64,000 nt of DNA, from the NCBI RefSeq assembly GCF_902713615.1, contig NC_052147.1, positions 65,077,097-65,141,096 on the forward strand, read 5' to 3'. This DNA comes from Scyliorhinus canicula. Its lineage: Eukaryota. Of the stretch, positions 12,246-24,971 are shown piece after piece; position 1 is the first letter of the stretch, and every line of letters begins with the position of its first letter. Below the pieces are notes generated by a model, which saw nothing but the letters and a program-made list of their open reading frames with translations, had not been told where the DNA came from and did no database searches. The translations under genes and the position numbers were made by a program.

Positions 12246-13074
12246 TTTGAAACAAACCTGTTGGACTTTAACCTGGTGTTGTAAGACTTCTTACTGTGCT
12301 CACCCCAGTCCAACGCCGGCATCTCCACATCGGGATTAAACCTGGAATTCTGTTCCCTTGTTTTCCAGTTTTATGACCTGCAGTGCTGCCATTGATGTTC
12401 GACTAACCTGTACCACAATTCCCTTTTGCTCTTTCATATTACTGAGCCATCTTCCATTCCGAGTATAATTGCTGTTTGCTTTTTCTACAAAGGGCATAAC
12501 CTCACATTTACTGGCATTGGCCATATGCCACTCATTCAGCTCCATTCCCACTGCCCTTGGTCTTGAAAAGAATTAACTAGATTAGATTCCTGTTAAGTGG
12601 CATCTATTTTGATCTAGCACAGACTTGGTGAGTTCATGCTATGTGGCCAATTTAGGGAATGTACCCATTGAGCCATAATTAAGTAGTGAATTTGTTAAAA
12701 CAGTGAAGCAGCAGATGGGACAGATAGAAGATGGTAATCAAAAACAGCAGGAATTAACTGAGTTTGGGAAAGATGAGTGGTAGGAAGGGAGGTATATTGT
12801 TCATTTCAAAAGATTGCAGATAGCAGACTTTGAAATTGGGAGAGAGGGGAATAGAAACAAGATTATTTTTTCAAGCACATTTAATTAGTACCATATTTTG
12901 CTTCAGATTAGTACCATGATCAAAGTTAACATTGACAATGTGGAAATAGTGGTAATGAGTTTAGGGAGATCTAATAGTTGAAGTTGCTGAAATATCCTGA
13001 GTTGATGCCCAAATACAGAGACAACAGGCTGGGGTTTCCTCATTGATGGACTTAACATCAATAGCTGTTTAACC

Positions 13075-14238
13075 CAGGGTTTTTCAAAGTGCGGGTTGTG
13101 ACCCGCAGGAAGGCGTTGGAGTGTCGTGGAGTGATCGGTTTCAGCATTCCCGCGTTGGTCCTGATCACGGGAGAAGAGCCCAACGGCCGCTACCAGCATC
13201 TGAATTGGGAATGGCAGCCAACTTTTTAAATGAGAATAGCTGTATGCAGTCTTCCAGCCATAAGAGGCAACAGTGAGCAGGCCATGTGCCCTGCGTGTAC
13301 ACTTGACACCAAGAGTCCTGTACATGCTTTCATCGTGAAATCACGGAGGCAAGTTTCTTTCATTTTCTAGCTGCTACCAAGCAAAGCAAGTAGACTACGA
13401 AGGTGTATCACGTTATTATAAGAAAGAAATGGCCAGAGACACAATTAGGCAGTGTACATACTGCCAGGATCTCCCATCTGAATCTGCAGGAGAGAGCTGT
13501 ACAGGAGAGTCCATGGCAGGAAATAGCAGTGCTATTGTTAGCTTTGTATTGGTGAACAGTCTACAAAGGAGAAACTTAACTAGGGAACAAAGCAGGATAA
13601 AAATGATTTCTTAAGGTATGGTTTTGTCACTTGTGCAACTGCAAATAAGGATGCAAAGCACAGGTGTGTTCTGTGCAGGGAAATACTGGCAAATGACAGG
13701 AGAAATTTGAGATTTTGAAAGAGAAGTGATGGGTGAAAAATTCCTTTTGATGTTGAGACCCCATAGTCAATTATTAACTTACAGCTGACTCCAAATGAAA
13801 ATACTATGCTGCTGTCTCTGACCTGTAACAGCACATTCAAAATATGACAAATGTCCATGCGGCTGTCAGCATTCTGGAGTAGAATCTCCCAGGCGTATCC
13901 AGTGCTGAGTAAAATGAGCATTTTGTTGCAATTGTCCTTCACGAGGACCTACATGTGTAAGGTTGGATTTTCTGTTCTCACAAAGATGAAGATGGCACAG
14001 AGGAAGTGGCTGATCTCTGCGCCTGATATGTGCATTGCCCTCTCCTCCTGCGAAGCTGATTTGAGTGAGGTTGTGAGGACCAAGTAGGCTCCCCTTTCTC
14101 ATTAAAAGTAAGTGAATCTGGCGTGTGTCATGCAAGGTTGGCTGTCATGGATCACGAAAGTCGCCCTCAAATGGGTCCCGGAAGGTTGGAGATTGGCAAA
14201 AGTTGGTCCCGGGGGGAAAAAAGGCTTGAAAAACACTG
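13075..14238 (+). mobile_element. hAT (Charlie/Buster-type) internally deleted DNA transposon
   Basis: TIRs CAGGGTTTTTCAA and TTGAAAAACACTG; 8-bp TSD GTTTAACC/GCTTAACC with central TA; BED-finger remnant FLRYGF..RCVLCREILAN; dimerisation remnant FWSRISQAYPVL..TYMCKVGFS. Confidence 0.88.
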
Positions 14239-14985
14239 GCTTAACCCAAGGTGATCTTGGTGAATTCTCCTGTTATTCCTCTGTGCACATTCATCTTGTG
14301 GCACCTCCAGTTGGAGGGCAATGGTGAGAGGAAATTTCAGTGTTAGTACAGTTACAGTAAGGTTCCAGGTGGCCATTTTGTGTCTGTAACTATGGCTACA
14401 TGCAATGTTTGGTCAAATGCTTCCTTAGGGTATTCAGTCCAAAAACTCTCAGATTCTTCAGATGAGGCATTACTGGCATGATGGAAGATGACCTCCAAGG
14501 GCATGATTTTCACCCATGAAAGGAGGTGGCAGTGGCAGTAAATGACAAAATAATTTAAAAGATGCTTTTTGCAACCTGGATTGTATTTCATGATTATACA
14601 AGTCTGTTTACACACACTTCTTAACCACCAATAGCTAAAGACCAGGGAGAACAGCCTGAATCTTCCAAGTCAACTGAAGGTCGTTTTCAGAAAAGTCCAT
14701 AAATGTCTGGCGGCTGGCACAGCTTTTATCAATGTGTGAATAGCACAGTCATCTGAAATATTGCTGATGATCAAATATTGCTTGATGGAAAGTCTTCAAC
14801 GTACACTGTTACCTCTGTGTCTCCCTCCACTGATGGCACATGGCCTGCTGATTGTTACCAGGATTTAATGTTTTTATGTCAAAATTAAATAGCTGTATCA
14901 CCAGGCAGAGTTACGGGCCTGTTGAGCCTGGCATCTCCACAGTGGGACTTCTGATCCTCAAAGTAGAGGAACCAGGGATGACCTA

Positions 14986-15305
14986 CATAGATACATAGAA
15001 CATACAGTGCAGAAGGAGGCCATTTGGCCCATCGAGTCCACACCGACCCACTTCAGCCCTCACTTTCACCCTATCCCAATAATCACTCCTACTCGTTTTG
15101 GACACTAAGGGCAATTGAGTAGGCTAATCCACCTAACCTGCACGTCTTTGGACTGTGGGAGGAAACCGGAGCACCCGGAGGAAACCCACGCAGACACGGG
15201 GAGAACGTGCAGACTCCGCACAGGCAGTGACCCGGTGGGGAATCGAACCTGGGTCCCTGGCGCTGTGAAGCAACACTGCTAGCCACGTGAGCTACCATGC
15301 AGCCC
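14986..15305 (-). mobile_element. HE1-type V-SINE
   Basis: tRNA head, V-domain and CR1-type tail. Confidence 0.88.
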
Positions 15306-15640
15306 ACCTACATTAAGAATAATCTTTTCCGAAGGCCTTCTTCCGGGAATGTAAACCACACCCTCCCCCCCCACCCCCCCACCCCTGCCATTTAGAAAAT
15401 TACATCTGTTTCAGGTAATGGTGTTTTGAAGAACATTGTATTTTCCAGGAACCAATTAATCTTGTTCACGGGATGATTTTCATTTATCATTAAAAATGAT
15501 TAATATTTCTTCGGGATGTGTCTACAAAATATGCCCAGGAGGGTATTCCAGGAACAGCACCAGGCATACCTTAAAAATTAGGTGCCCACCTGGTGAAGCT
15601 ACAACACACGACTACTTGCATGTCAACAGCGTAGCAGCGA

Positions 15641-16678
15641 AATGGGTGGAGGAGCTGGGTGAGGAGATTGAGGAGGGGACATGGGCGGATGCCCTGGAAA
15701 GGGTGAACTCCTCCTCTTCATGTGCAAGGCTTAGCCTCATACAGTTTAAGGTACTGCATAGGGCTCATATGACCGGGACAAGGATGAGCCGGTTTATTGG
15801 GACCGAGGACAGGTGTATTAGGTGCTCAGGGAGCCCAGCAAACCATGTCCACATGTTCTGGGCATGCCCAGCGCTGGGGGAATTTTGGAAGGGTGTAGCA
15901 AGGACGGTATCGAGGGTGGTAGGATCCAGGGTCAATCCAGGCTGGGGACTCGCAATATTTGGGGTTGCAGTGGAGCCGGGAGTGCAGGAGGCGAAAGAGG
16001 CCGGTGTTCTGGCCTTTGCGTCCCTAGTAGCCCGGCGGAGGATTCTTCTTCAGTGGAAGGATGCGAGGCCCCCAAGGGTGGAGGCCTGGGTCAACGATAT
16101 GGCAGGGTTTCTTAAATTGGACAGTAAGAAGTCTTACAACACCAGGTTAAAGTCCAACAGGTTTGTTTCAAACACGAGCTTTCGGAGCACTGATCCTTCC
16201 TCAGGTGACTGGAGAGATATACCTCTCCAGTCACCTGAAGAAGGAGCTGCGCTCCGAAAGCTCGTGTTTGAAACAAACCTGTTGGACTTTAACCTGGTGT
16301 TGTAAGACTTCTTACTGTGCTCACCCCAGTCCAACGCCGGCATCTCCACATCTTAAATTGGAGAGGGTGAAATTTGCCCTAAGGGGGTCAGTGCAGGGGT
16401 TCTTCAGGAGATGGCAACCATTCCTAGATCTCCTGGCAGAACGGTAAAAACAAAAGGTCAGCAGCAGCAGCAACCCGGGGCGGGGGGGGGGGTTATCTCT
16501 TTGTTTTTGTTTTGGGTTGAATATCTGTTTTTTGCCAATGATGGGCATTAATTTATTGTTTCTCTTTTGTATTTACGGCGGTGGGGGGGGTTCTGTTTTT
16601 TTTTGTTCTTAGAATTTTCTGATATTGTTTCTTTTTTGTGAAAATGTGAAAATTTGAATAAAAATTATTTTTTTTAAA
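15641..16678 (+). mobile_element. L1/Tx1-clade LINE 3' end
   Basis: QFKVLHR and CCHC CIRC..HMFWAC motifs, AATAAA and A-rich end; about 16-bp TSD AACAG(C/T)GTAGCAGCGA (15625-15640, 16679-16694). Confidence 0.85.
16121..16351 (+). mobile_element. PLE pseudo-LTR fold-back insertion (96-bp inverted arms + 33-nt tail)
   Basis: Arms 16121-16216 and 16223-16318; TSD CTTAAATTGG (16111-16120, 16352-16361); the L1 frame resumes after it. Confidence 0.92.
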
Positions 16679-17152
16679 AACAGTGTAGCAGCGAGTAGGC
16701 AGAACTAGATGATCCAATAATCAACAAATCAGATCCAAGCTCGGCAGTCCTGCCGAATGCAATCTTAAATGTTGGTGGACCAGTAAATAACTGATCGGAG
16801 GAGGCTCCAAAATATCCCCATCCCCAGTGATGCAGGGACCCAGCACATCAGTGCAACCATCTCCAGCCAGAAGTGGCAAATGGATTATCTACCTCTGCCT
16901 CCTCCTGAGATTCCCTAGCATCACAGATACCAGTCTTCAGCTAACTTGATTCACCCCCATGTGGTATCAAGAAACAGTTGAAGGAATTTGATACTGCAAA
17001 GGCTGTACACTCTGTAAACATTCCAGCAACAATACTGGAGACTTGTGCTCCAGAATTTGCCACACCCTTAACCAAGCTGTTCCAGTGTTGCTGAAACACT
17101 GGCATCTACTGCAAAACATAGAATATTGTCCAGGTATGCCGTGTCCACAAAC

Positions 17153-17300
17153 ATTGATTGATTGATTGATATTTATTGTCACATGTACTGAAGTACAGTG
17201 AAAAGTATTTTTTCTGCGTCCAAGGAAATGTACACAGTATGTACATAGTAGACAAAAGAATAATCGACAGAGTCCATTGACAAATAGTGATTTATATGAA
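17153..17300 (-). mobile_element. LINE 3' tail fragment (Rex1/Babar-like) ending in (TCAA)n
   Basis: TACTTTTCACTGTAC..GTGACAATAAA tail, also seen at about 36820-36970. Confidence 0.55.
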
Positions 17301-17329
17301 GTAGAAAAGAGTTTTAGTAGATCAGAACG

Positions 17330-17602
17330 GTGATAAGAGATAAAAGACATAGCCTTAAATTGAGGGGTAATAGATATAGGACAGAGGTCAGAGGTGGGTT
17401 TTTTACGCAAAGAGTGGTGAGGCCGTGGAATGCCCTACCTGCAACAGTAGTGAACTCGCCAACATTGAGGGCATTTAAAAATTTATTGGATAAGCATATG
17501 GATGATAAGGGCATAGTGTAGGTTAGATGGCCTTTAGATTTTTTCCATGTCGGTGCAACATCGAGGGCCGAAGGGCCTGTACTGCGCTGTATCGTTCTAT
17601 GT
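17330..17602 (+). mobile_element. CR1/HER1 LINE 3' end
   Basis: HSLKLRG..FFTQRVVRPWNALP..FKNLLDKHM followed by the tail. Confidence 0.88.
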
Positions 17603-18096
17603 TAAGGGGGTCTGATTGAGAGAGCGCTATCTTGGAATATCCATCTTAGAACAGCAGGACAAATCCAACTCTGACAATTAATGCCCATCAGTCTACTCTC
17701 GATTATCAGCAATGTCACTGACAGTGTTATCCAGCAGCACTTACTCAGCAATATGCTGCTCACTGCTCAGTTGTGTTCCACCAGGGCCACTTTGTTTCTG
17801 ACCTCATTACAGCCTTGGTACAAACATAGACAAAAGAGCTGAACTCGAGGTGAGAGTGACCGCCCTTGATATCAAGCCAGCATTTGACGTAGGGTGGCAT
17901 CAAGAAGCCCCAGAAAAACAGAGTCAATGGGAATTGAAGAAAACATTCCACTAGTTGGAGTCAAACCTAGCACAAAGAATGATGGTTGCGGTTGTTGGAG
18001 GTGTTACGATCTAGTTAGGGGCCAGTAACTTCTATTGTACACACAATTTTAAATCCTAGATACTTACTAAGAGAAAAACACCACAATGTCATGTGA

Positions 18097-18432
18097 ATAG
18101 AACATAGAACATAGAACAGTACAGCACAGAACAGGCCCTTCGGCCCTCGATGTTGTGCCGAGCAATGATCACCCTACTCAAACCCACGTATCCACCCTAT
18201 ACCCGTAACCCAACAACTCCCCCCCTTAACCTTACTATTAGGACACTACGGGCAATTTAGCATGGTCAATCCACCTAACCTGCACATCTTTGGACTGTGG
18301 GAGGAAACCGGAGCACCCGGAGGAAACCCACGCACACACGGGGAGGATGTGCAGACTCCGCACAGACAGTGACCTAGCCGGGAACCGAACCTGGGACCCT
18401 GGAGCTGTGAAGCATTTATGCTAACCACCATG
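18097..18432 (-). mobile_element. HE1-type V-SINE, near full length
   Basis: Nearly identical to 818-1081; (ATAGAAC)n tail. Confidence 0.9.
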
Positions 18433-19479
18433 TTATTATACAAGAGGGAGCAAAGCAGTCAGTGCTATCAATCTTACATCTTAATATCCATAATTAATAA
18501 GAGGTAAGCGTGAATTAACAGGCAGATTGTGGTTGAAAACACCATACTGCACATTAGATGGCAGACATGACCAAAACAGGTCACCTGAATTTCTCGGCAA
18601 CCCACACAGAGGTCAGTGCTGTGCGTGTCTCAGAATATCATGAGGAAACTGTGTTGGTCAGGCTACGCTTCAGCATCTAAACATAGGCCCCCAGCTCGTC
18701 AAGCAGGCTACTGCCAACAATTGCTGTTCACCTCCCAACTTGCTAGCAGATGAATGCTCCTGGATTTCCCGGAGCCCCAACATCCCAGCTAAGCTGCTTA
18801 CTGACAACTGCAGCTTCACTGAGCTATCAATTCTTAAACAGCACAGAGCTAACAACTGCTGTTGGCCTTCTCCAAGCCCAGCTACATGGAGCTAGCGACA
18901 TTCTGCGGCCTCTTCCGCTCCAGACTAAACTTGGCTCATGGGTTAGGAACATAACTGTTCTGCCATTCAGTAAGTTGCGACTAATCTGTTTGTGTTCTCA
19001 ACACCACAATGCTGTCTCCCTCCCATAACCCTGAACGCTCTTGTCAATCAAAACTCTGTCTAGCTTGACCGTGAATAAATTTAATGACCCAGCCTTCACT
19101 GCTTTCTTCACTGCGGAAGAGAATTTGCACACCCCCAGGTCCTATGCTCAGGTTTCTGTGCCAAAATGCAGGTCACTCTTCACGTGCCAGCTCTCCAACT
19201 AGCAAAGGGAACCCAGAACCAAACATGCATTGTCCATTCCCCTGGTGTGCTCTGCGCTTGTGCTGAAACTGCCGGCATACCAAGAGTTGCAGTCCCTCAA
19301 TTGGGACCCGGCCTCCACTTCAAAAGCAACACAAATCGGAGACATAGATTTCCTCCAGAGGTCAAACATCTCGGCCCGAGAACATCTCGGCCCGAGGATG
19401 GCAAAAGCTGGCCTAGCAAATGATCCCCACGTACTGTGGGGGGAGAAAACCCCCCATCAAATTCCTGAGGTGAAAGCTG

Positions 19480-21045
19480 TTGTCGCATACAACCCCTGCC
19501 CTACTCCGCCTGAAGAGGAACAAGAGCTCTGAAGAATTCATCAGGTATCTGAGGCTCAAGGAAGAAAAGATCCCAGAATCAGAGAAGAAATAGAACTAAG
19601 GAAGATTGACTTAGGAGAGAAATTAGCAAGAGAGAGACAAAAAATCTCAATGGAGCATGAGTTATTATGAGGCGTGGGGCTGCCTCAGAACTTTTTTTTT
19701 GCGTTGAGGAATTTTTGCTTCGAGGGGAGTGGTGATGTAATTCCTGTCATTCAAGGACATTGCTGCAAATCTGATTCGGCAGAAGTCAGTGGGCTATGGT
19801 CCTATTTTGGTGGGAAAGGTTTTGGAGGTGTACTCCTCTCTTCTAGCAGAACACTTATGATTACAAGGAAGTAAAGACTGCTTTAGTCAATGGGTTAGTG
19901 TCAGAGGTCTATATGGAGAAGTTTGGAAATTTGGGAAAAGGGAAGGGTCAGACCTATGTAGAATTTTCCTGGGTAAGTGAAATGGCATTCAGGAGGCGGT
20001 GTTCGTCAATGAAGGTAAAACAGACCTTTGATAAGCTTAGAGAGATGATGCTGGTGGAGGAATTTACAAATAGCCCACCTTTGGGGGTCAAGGTCTCATT
20101 TGGAAGACCACAAAGTTCATTAAATACGGGAAGCCTCAGTAATGCTAGAATATTATGAGTTTGCTCATAAACTGATTACCAATATGCTTCACTTTTGAAC
20201 CTTCCAGAGAAAGTAAATAGAGAAAGGTGGATGATGAAGAGGTGAGGCTGTACTAAGGACAGGCATGTGTTAAGAATTGGGGAAAAATTCCGATTTAAAA
20301 AAAAACAAAGTAAAAACAGGAATTTGATTAGGGGCAGACGTGTAAGAGTAATGATAAGATGCCAATTTGCCAATCCATTGAAAACAGTATCTTACATATG
20401 TGATTCGAGAAAATAATGGGGCTATAGAGGTGATCACTTCAAAGTGGAAGGATAAGGAAATGGACATGCACATGCCAACTCCACAGGGTGAAGAACATCA
20501 AAGGGAAAGAAACAGTGTAGCTGTTGAACCCTACCCAAGGAAAGAGGGAGAGAGAGACAGCTAACATCAGAACTGCATCCAGTTGCAGATAAAGTCTGCC
20601 TTCACTAAACCGGAAGATTATTTCCCAGATGTGGCCACCTTAACCTGCTTGCAGAAATTATTTGTTGGATTTAGTTCATAAAGTTACTTGATATTGGATG
20701 TTGTTTGGGAAAAGAGATCTCTCAGAATTCAGGTAAATGTAGGGAGTTGGGGAACCAAGCGATAGTTTCATGTAAAATTGTGTGTGTGTAGTCATCAGTC
20801 TAAAGTATCATGGTGTATTAAAGTGCTTCTTCTCGTGTGTGTTTTGTTTTTCTTTTAAGTTAATAAATATTCTTTATTAATTGTTCAGACAACGACTGGA
20901 TTTTTCCTCACTGGGTTACACCGTTCCTCACATTATACCAAAAAACCACACACACACACACACACACAACTAAGAACCGGTGTTCCAAGCTACCCTTCTG
21001 GGATTTGGGATACCCTCACGTTTAACATCAGTGTGGTTTGTAACG
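19480..21045 (+). mobile_element. Decayed Gypsy (Gmr1-like, SCAN-domain gag) element with a probable LTR at about 20340-21045
   Basis: SCAN-like remnant GQTYVEF..TFDKLREMMLVEEF (ORF 19898-20158); AATAAA and a ..GTAAC end. Confidence 0.6.
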
Positions 21046-21345
21046 CACAGAAAAAAATGGAGATCAGGAGTTTAAGAAACTGAAGAGAGTGGTTGGAAGT
21101 CTGTTTCATACAGTGGAATCCCTGGTGACAATTTAGTGTCGAGCTTTAAAGGAGAACAAAGGAACTTGCTGAATCCAGAGGAGGGAGAAGTGATATGACG
21201 TAATTTCTCCTTGGGTCCAGTTCACAGCTGCCAATATTCAGATGTCAGCAATGTTGTTCTTGACAAGTTACCCAAACCAAACAAATTCTGAAACCTTTAG
21301 ATCCATCGTAAATACAATCCCAATGTTCAGACTATGCACAATCAT

Positions 21346-21525
21346 GGGGCTGGTTTAGCTCACTGGGCTAAATCGCTGGCTTTTAAAGCAGACCAAGGCA
21401 GGCCAGCAGCACGGTTCGATTCCCGTACCAGCCTCCCCGGACAGGCGCCGGAATGTGGCAACTAGGGGCTTTTCACAGTAACTTCATTGAAGCCTACTCG
21501 TGACAATAAGTGATTTTCATTTCAT
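21346..21525 (+). mobile_element. Short tRNA-derived SINE (tail GGGGCTTTTCACAGTAAC..(TTTCA)n)
   Basis: A-box TGGTTTAGCTCACTGG and B-box GGTTCGATTCC; relatives at about 34575, 36300, 48104, 48890 and 57555. Confidence 0.82.
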
Positions 21526-24313
21526 ATAGATTTTTAAAAGCGACATAGAGTGGAAAACCAAGGTACCCGCAACCCTGTTCTTAGAAAAAAAAAATCAAAA
21601 CTAAGATCTAAAGGCAGTTTGATGCTACGTCATTCACCCTAAAATATATTTTGGCCTTTGTGATGCGCAATGTAACTGTGGATTCCATTTCGAGAGTTTA
21701 AAGAACAAAGGATGGTAAAAATGTTTTGCAGCCAGGTGAACATATTGGGTTTTATAAGATTATAGAATCTCACTATTTGTAATGAAGCTTGTTTTGTATA
21801 TATGTTGTTACCTGTATAAATGTGTAATATGGTAGATGTTTTTGTGTTTATGATGCCAAGAACATACTAAATTTCGAACTGGAAACAGTGAGCACAGTGA
21901 GCAAAATTAGTAATTTCTCTAAAATTTCTTTGACATCTAGAATTGTTTATAAAAATGTTTGCATTGACTGTAGAGAGATCAGGAGAAATACTAGTCCATG
22001 TAACCTAGTGACCCTTGACATGGAAGCTATACCAACAGGAGGTTAAAAAAGTCATGTGACTGGCAGTCACCAAGGAGAGCTACAGAGGAGCAAAACAGTG
22101 AAGGCAATCAGTGCAGACATGCAGACAGAAATTGGAACGCACTGAATTCTTGTGAGAAGAAGAAAAGCTTTTTCGGGGTGTCAGCTTTTGTGTTCGGCAG
22201 AAAACAAGACATGAGTCCTTTGCACAGTGTGAGCTGGCTGAATAGATCTAAAACTTGGAAATCTATGTGAATAGTGTGAGGTGCAAAAGAGCTAGATGTT
22301 TTCCCTTAAGTGGCCAACCAGAGTGTTATTCATTGATTGGTCAAAAAGGAACTCTAAAAAGTTACAACATCAGGGTTCTCATGACCCAAGGAAGAGAGGG
22401 TTTATAGAGGTATACCTTGCTGATGATCATCATACCCTTGAAACTCAGTAGTGAAGCCTGTTAACAGGTAGGGCTCCTGACCTACCCTATGTGAGTAAAG
22501 AACAGCATATTGTGGAGTTGTATAGCTATGTAATGCCATACATGCTGAAGAGAAATACGGGTTTGTGTAAGACATATATTTGTTGTTTCGAGCATTTAAA
22601 GTGAAAATTACCTTTTTGCTTGAAGTAGTGTTTGTTCAATTCATGTTTATTTGTGTTGGTTCTCATCCCTGGAACCAGTCTTGTAAACCTCTTCAGCACT
22701 CTCTCTCCCCAATGCCTTCACATCTTTCCTATATTTGGTGCCCAGAACTGTACACAATATTCCAACTGAGGTCTAACTAGTGACTTGTATAAATTCAGCA
22801 TAAATTCCTTGGTCTTGTTTTCAATGCAAAGTGAAAGCAAGACCATAATGTGTATGGGTTTAATTTTTGCAAATTAGTATTCAACTATTCAAAAAAGAAA
22901 CCTAACTGGATTTGATCGCAGAGGAAATGCCCTTAAGGAAGAGCAAAAATGAAGTGAGTTTAATCCTGGGATATTGAATGGTTTAAAATAATTCTGTGTG
23001 AGAGTTGAATGGTGAAGAGAATGACACTGGGTGGGGAATCTATGTTTCCATTGAGTGATTTGTTGTGGTGTGATACCAACGGATAATTTGTCCTCTAAGC
23101 TTAAGTTTTGCAGACAATGCCAGCTGTTAGCCCTGGAGGAATCCAACTCTAATTAACTGTCTGTCACAACAGAAGAATAGGGATAGAGTAAGGAAATAAC
23201 ATCTACACTCCTCACTGTCCAGAATGATTTGTACATACTGTCATGTGTCATCAGGCTCTGGTTTCAAAAACACAGTTCCATGTTGGTAAAAATGGAATCT
23301 TTATCCCAATAGCTTGCAATAAAACTGAGCACCAAAAATCAATTCCAGCTGCAAATTATAAAATATAAATGGCCCAATAATTACAATTGTAATATCTCAA
23401 TCATGGTTTTATAGTTGTTATGCAAGAGGCTTTAACAACCAAACATCGTATTTCAGATACAGCAAAGGCTAATTAATTTCAACTTCAATTAATTTAAACC
23501 CAGTCTGACTAGAAGACTATGATTGTTTTTCACTTTCTTTTTGTATCTTGGAGGAGAGACATTCATAAGCAGGCACTATTTACCCAAAATTAAGTAGACA
23601 GTTGTGCCCCAAAGGGTTTGTTTGAGGATTGTAACACTTTTTGACATCGTGGATTGCAGGGTTACAGTTGTAGAGCGGCTCCTTTAAGGGGCGATCGTTC
23701 ACAGGGCACGTGAACGGTCTGGGGCCTTGCACGCAAACCCTAGCCAATTGGGAGCTAGCATGGGCCCCACCCAGTCAGTGTGGACCTAGGAATCAAGGGG
23801 CAAAGACCTGTTTTCCAACTGATGTTTCCTGTACATAGGAACTCCATTGTTAGTTCAAATAAATTACTTGTTGTTCAAAGAGGCTATTGCAGATACAATT
23901 TCAATGTTTGCAGATGGCATAAAACATGGAAATGCCGTAAACAGAGAGGATGATACTGCTAGACTGATGTAGTGAACTGGCCTATGGCAGAGGAAACTTA
24001 ATGCAGAGAATTGTGAACAGATTCATTTTGGTGGGACAGATGAGGACACACAGCATGAACTGAATGGTACATTTTTTTATAATGTGGTGCAAGATCAGTA
24101 GGCCCAAAGATGTTTGTGCCCAAGTCTTTCAAGGTGGTGGTTGAGATAGCTGCTTTCCAAAAAAACAAGATCCTTGGTGTTATAAACAGAGGCAAAGAGT
24201 CTGAAAGCAACTAAATGATGCTAGACATTTTAAGCATGTTCATGTAGTGTACCACACTTTGGAGGGACATCAAGGGTTTGGAAAGGTGCAGAGACTGACC
24301 AGACTGATACCAG

Positions 24314-24971
24314 GGGCGCAATTCTCCCTCGCCCCCGCCACGTGGGATTATCGCGGGGGCACCGGGCGAGTCCCGCCACGCCGCCACGGCACCCGCACGC
24401 GATTCTCCCACCTCCCTCCCCCCCAAACCGGCGCAATGCGATTTACGGCTGGCCGCTCGGAGAATCTCCGCTCGCCGTTTGTAACAGGCGAGCGGCGATT
24501 CTCCAGCCCGGATGGGCCGAGCGGCCTGCCCAATATGACGTGTTCCCGCCGGCGCCGACCACACCTGGTTGCCGCCGGCGTGAACAGCGTGGGAACGCTG
24601 GGGGGGTCCAGCACCAGGGGGGCGCTCAAAAGGGGTCTGGCCTGCGATCGGTGCCCACCGATCGGCGGGCCGGCCTCTCTGAAGGACGCATTCCTTTCCT
24701 CTGCCGCCCCGCAAGATCACTCTGACATTTCTTGCGGGCCGCTTGTGGGGAGGACGGCAACCGCGCATGCGCGGGTTGGCACCGGCCAACCTGATCATGC
24801 GCGGGTTGGCACCGGCCAACCTGATCATGCGCGGGTGACGTAATTTACGCGGCGCCGTAAATGACGCGGTGCCGCTCCTAGCTCCCGGGGGTGGGAGAAT
24901 AGGGGGCGAGGAGCAGCCTCCGACGCTGGAGTGACTTCGGCACTTAGTCTCCCAATGGGAGAATCTCGCCC
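24314..24971. mobile_element. GC-rich Harbinger-like MITE, copy 2, inserted in an old CR1
   Basis: TIR GGGCGCAATTCTCC / GGAGAATCTCGCCC; TSD CAG (24311-24313, 24972-24974). Confidence 0.85.

Larger units (their letters stand above)
9945..12331 (+). mobile_element. Penelope-like element (probably Neptune clade), 5'-truncated, young
   Basis: 11-bp TSD GGGATTAAACC (9934-9944, 12332-12342); frame open from the 5' junction to 12065; 3' pseudo-LTR with hammerhead motif. Confidence 0.93.
15585..18001 (+). mobile_element. Old CR1-clade LINE ORF2 fragment hosting nested insertions
   Basis: RT remnants (PISLLSIIS, ALDIKPAFD..WH) continue across the inserts. Confidence 0.65.

Noticed and set aside
21346-21430. 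tRNA gene candidates (also 43750-43832 and HE1 heads)
   Set aside because: The A and B boxes belong to multi-copy SINE heads followed by LINE-like tails; no clean cloverleaf.
23669-23897. Possible short solo LTR (also about 21778-22660 and 29808-30030)
   Set aside because: TG start and AATAAA are suggestive, but no convincing TSD or second end could be defined.
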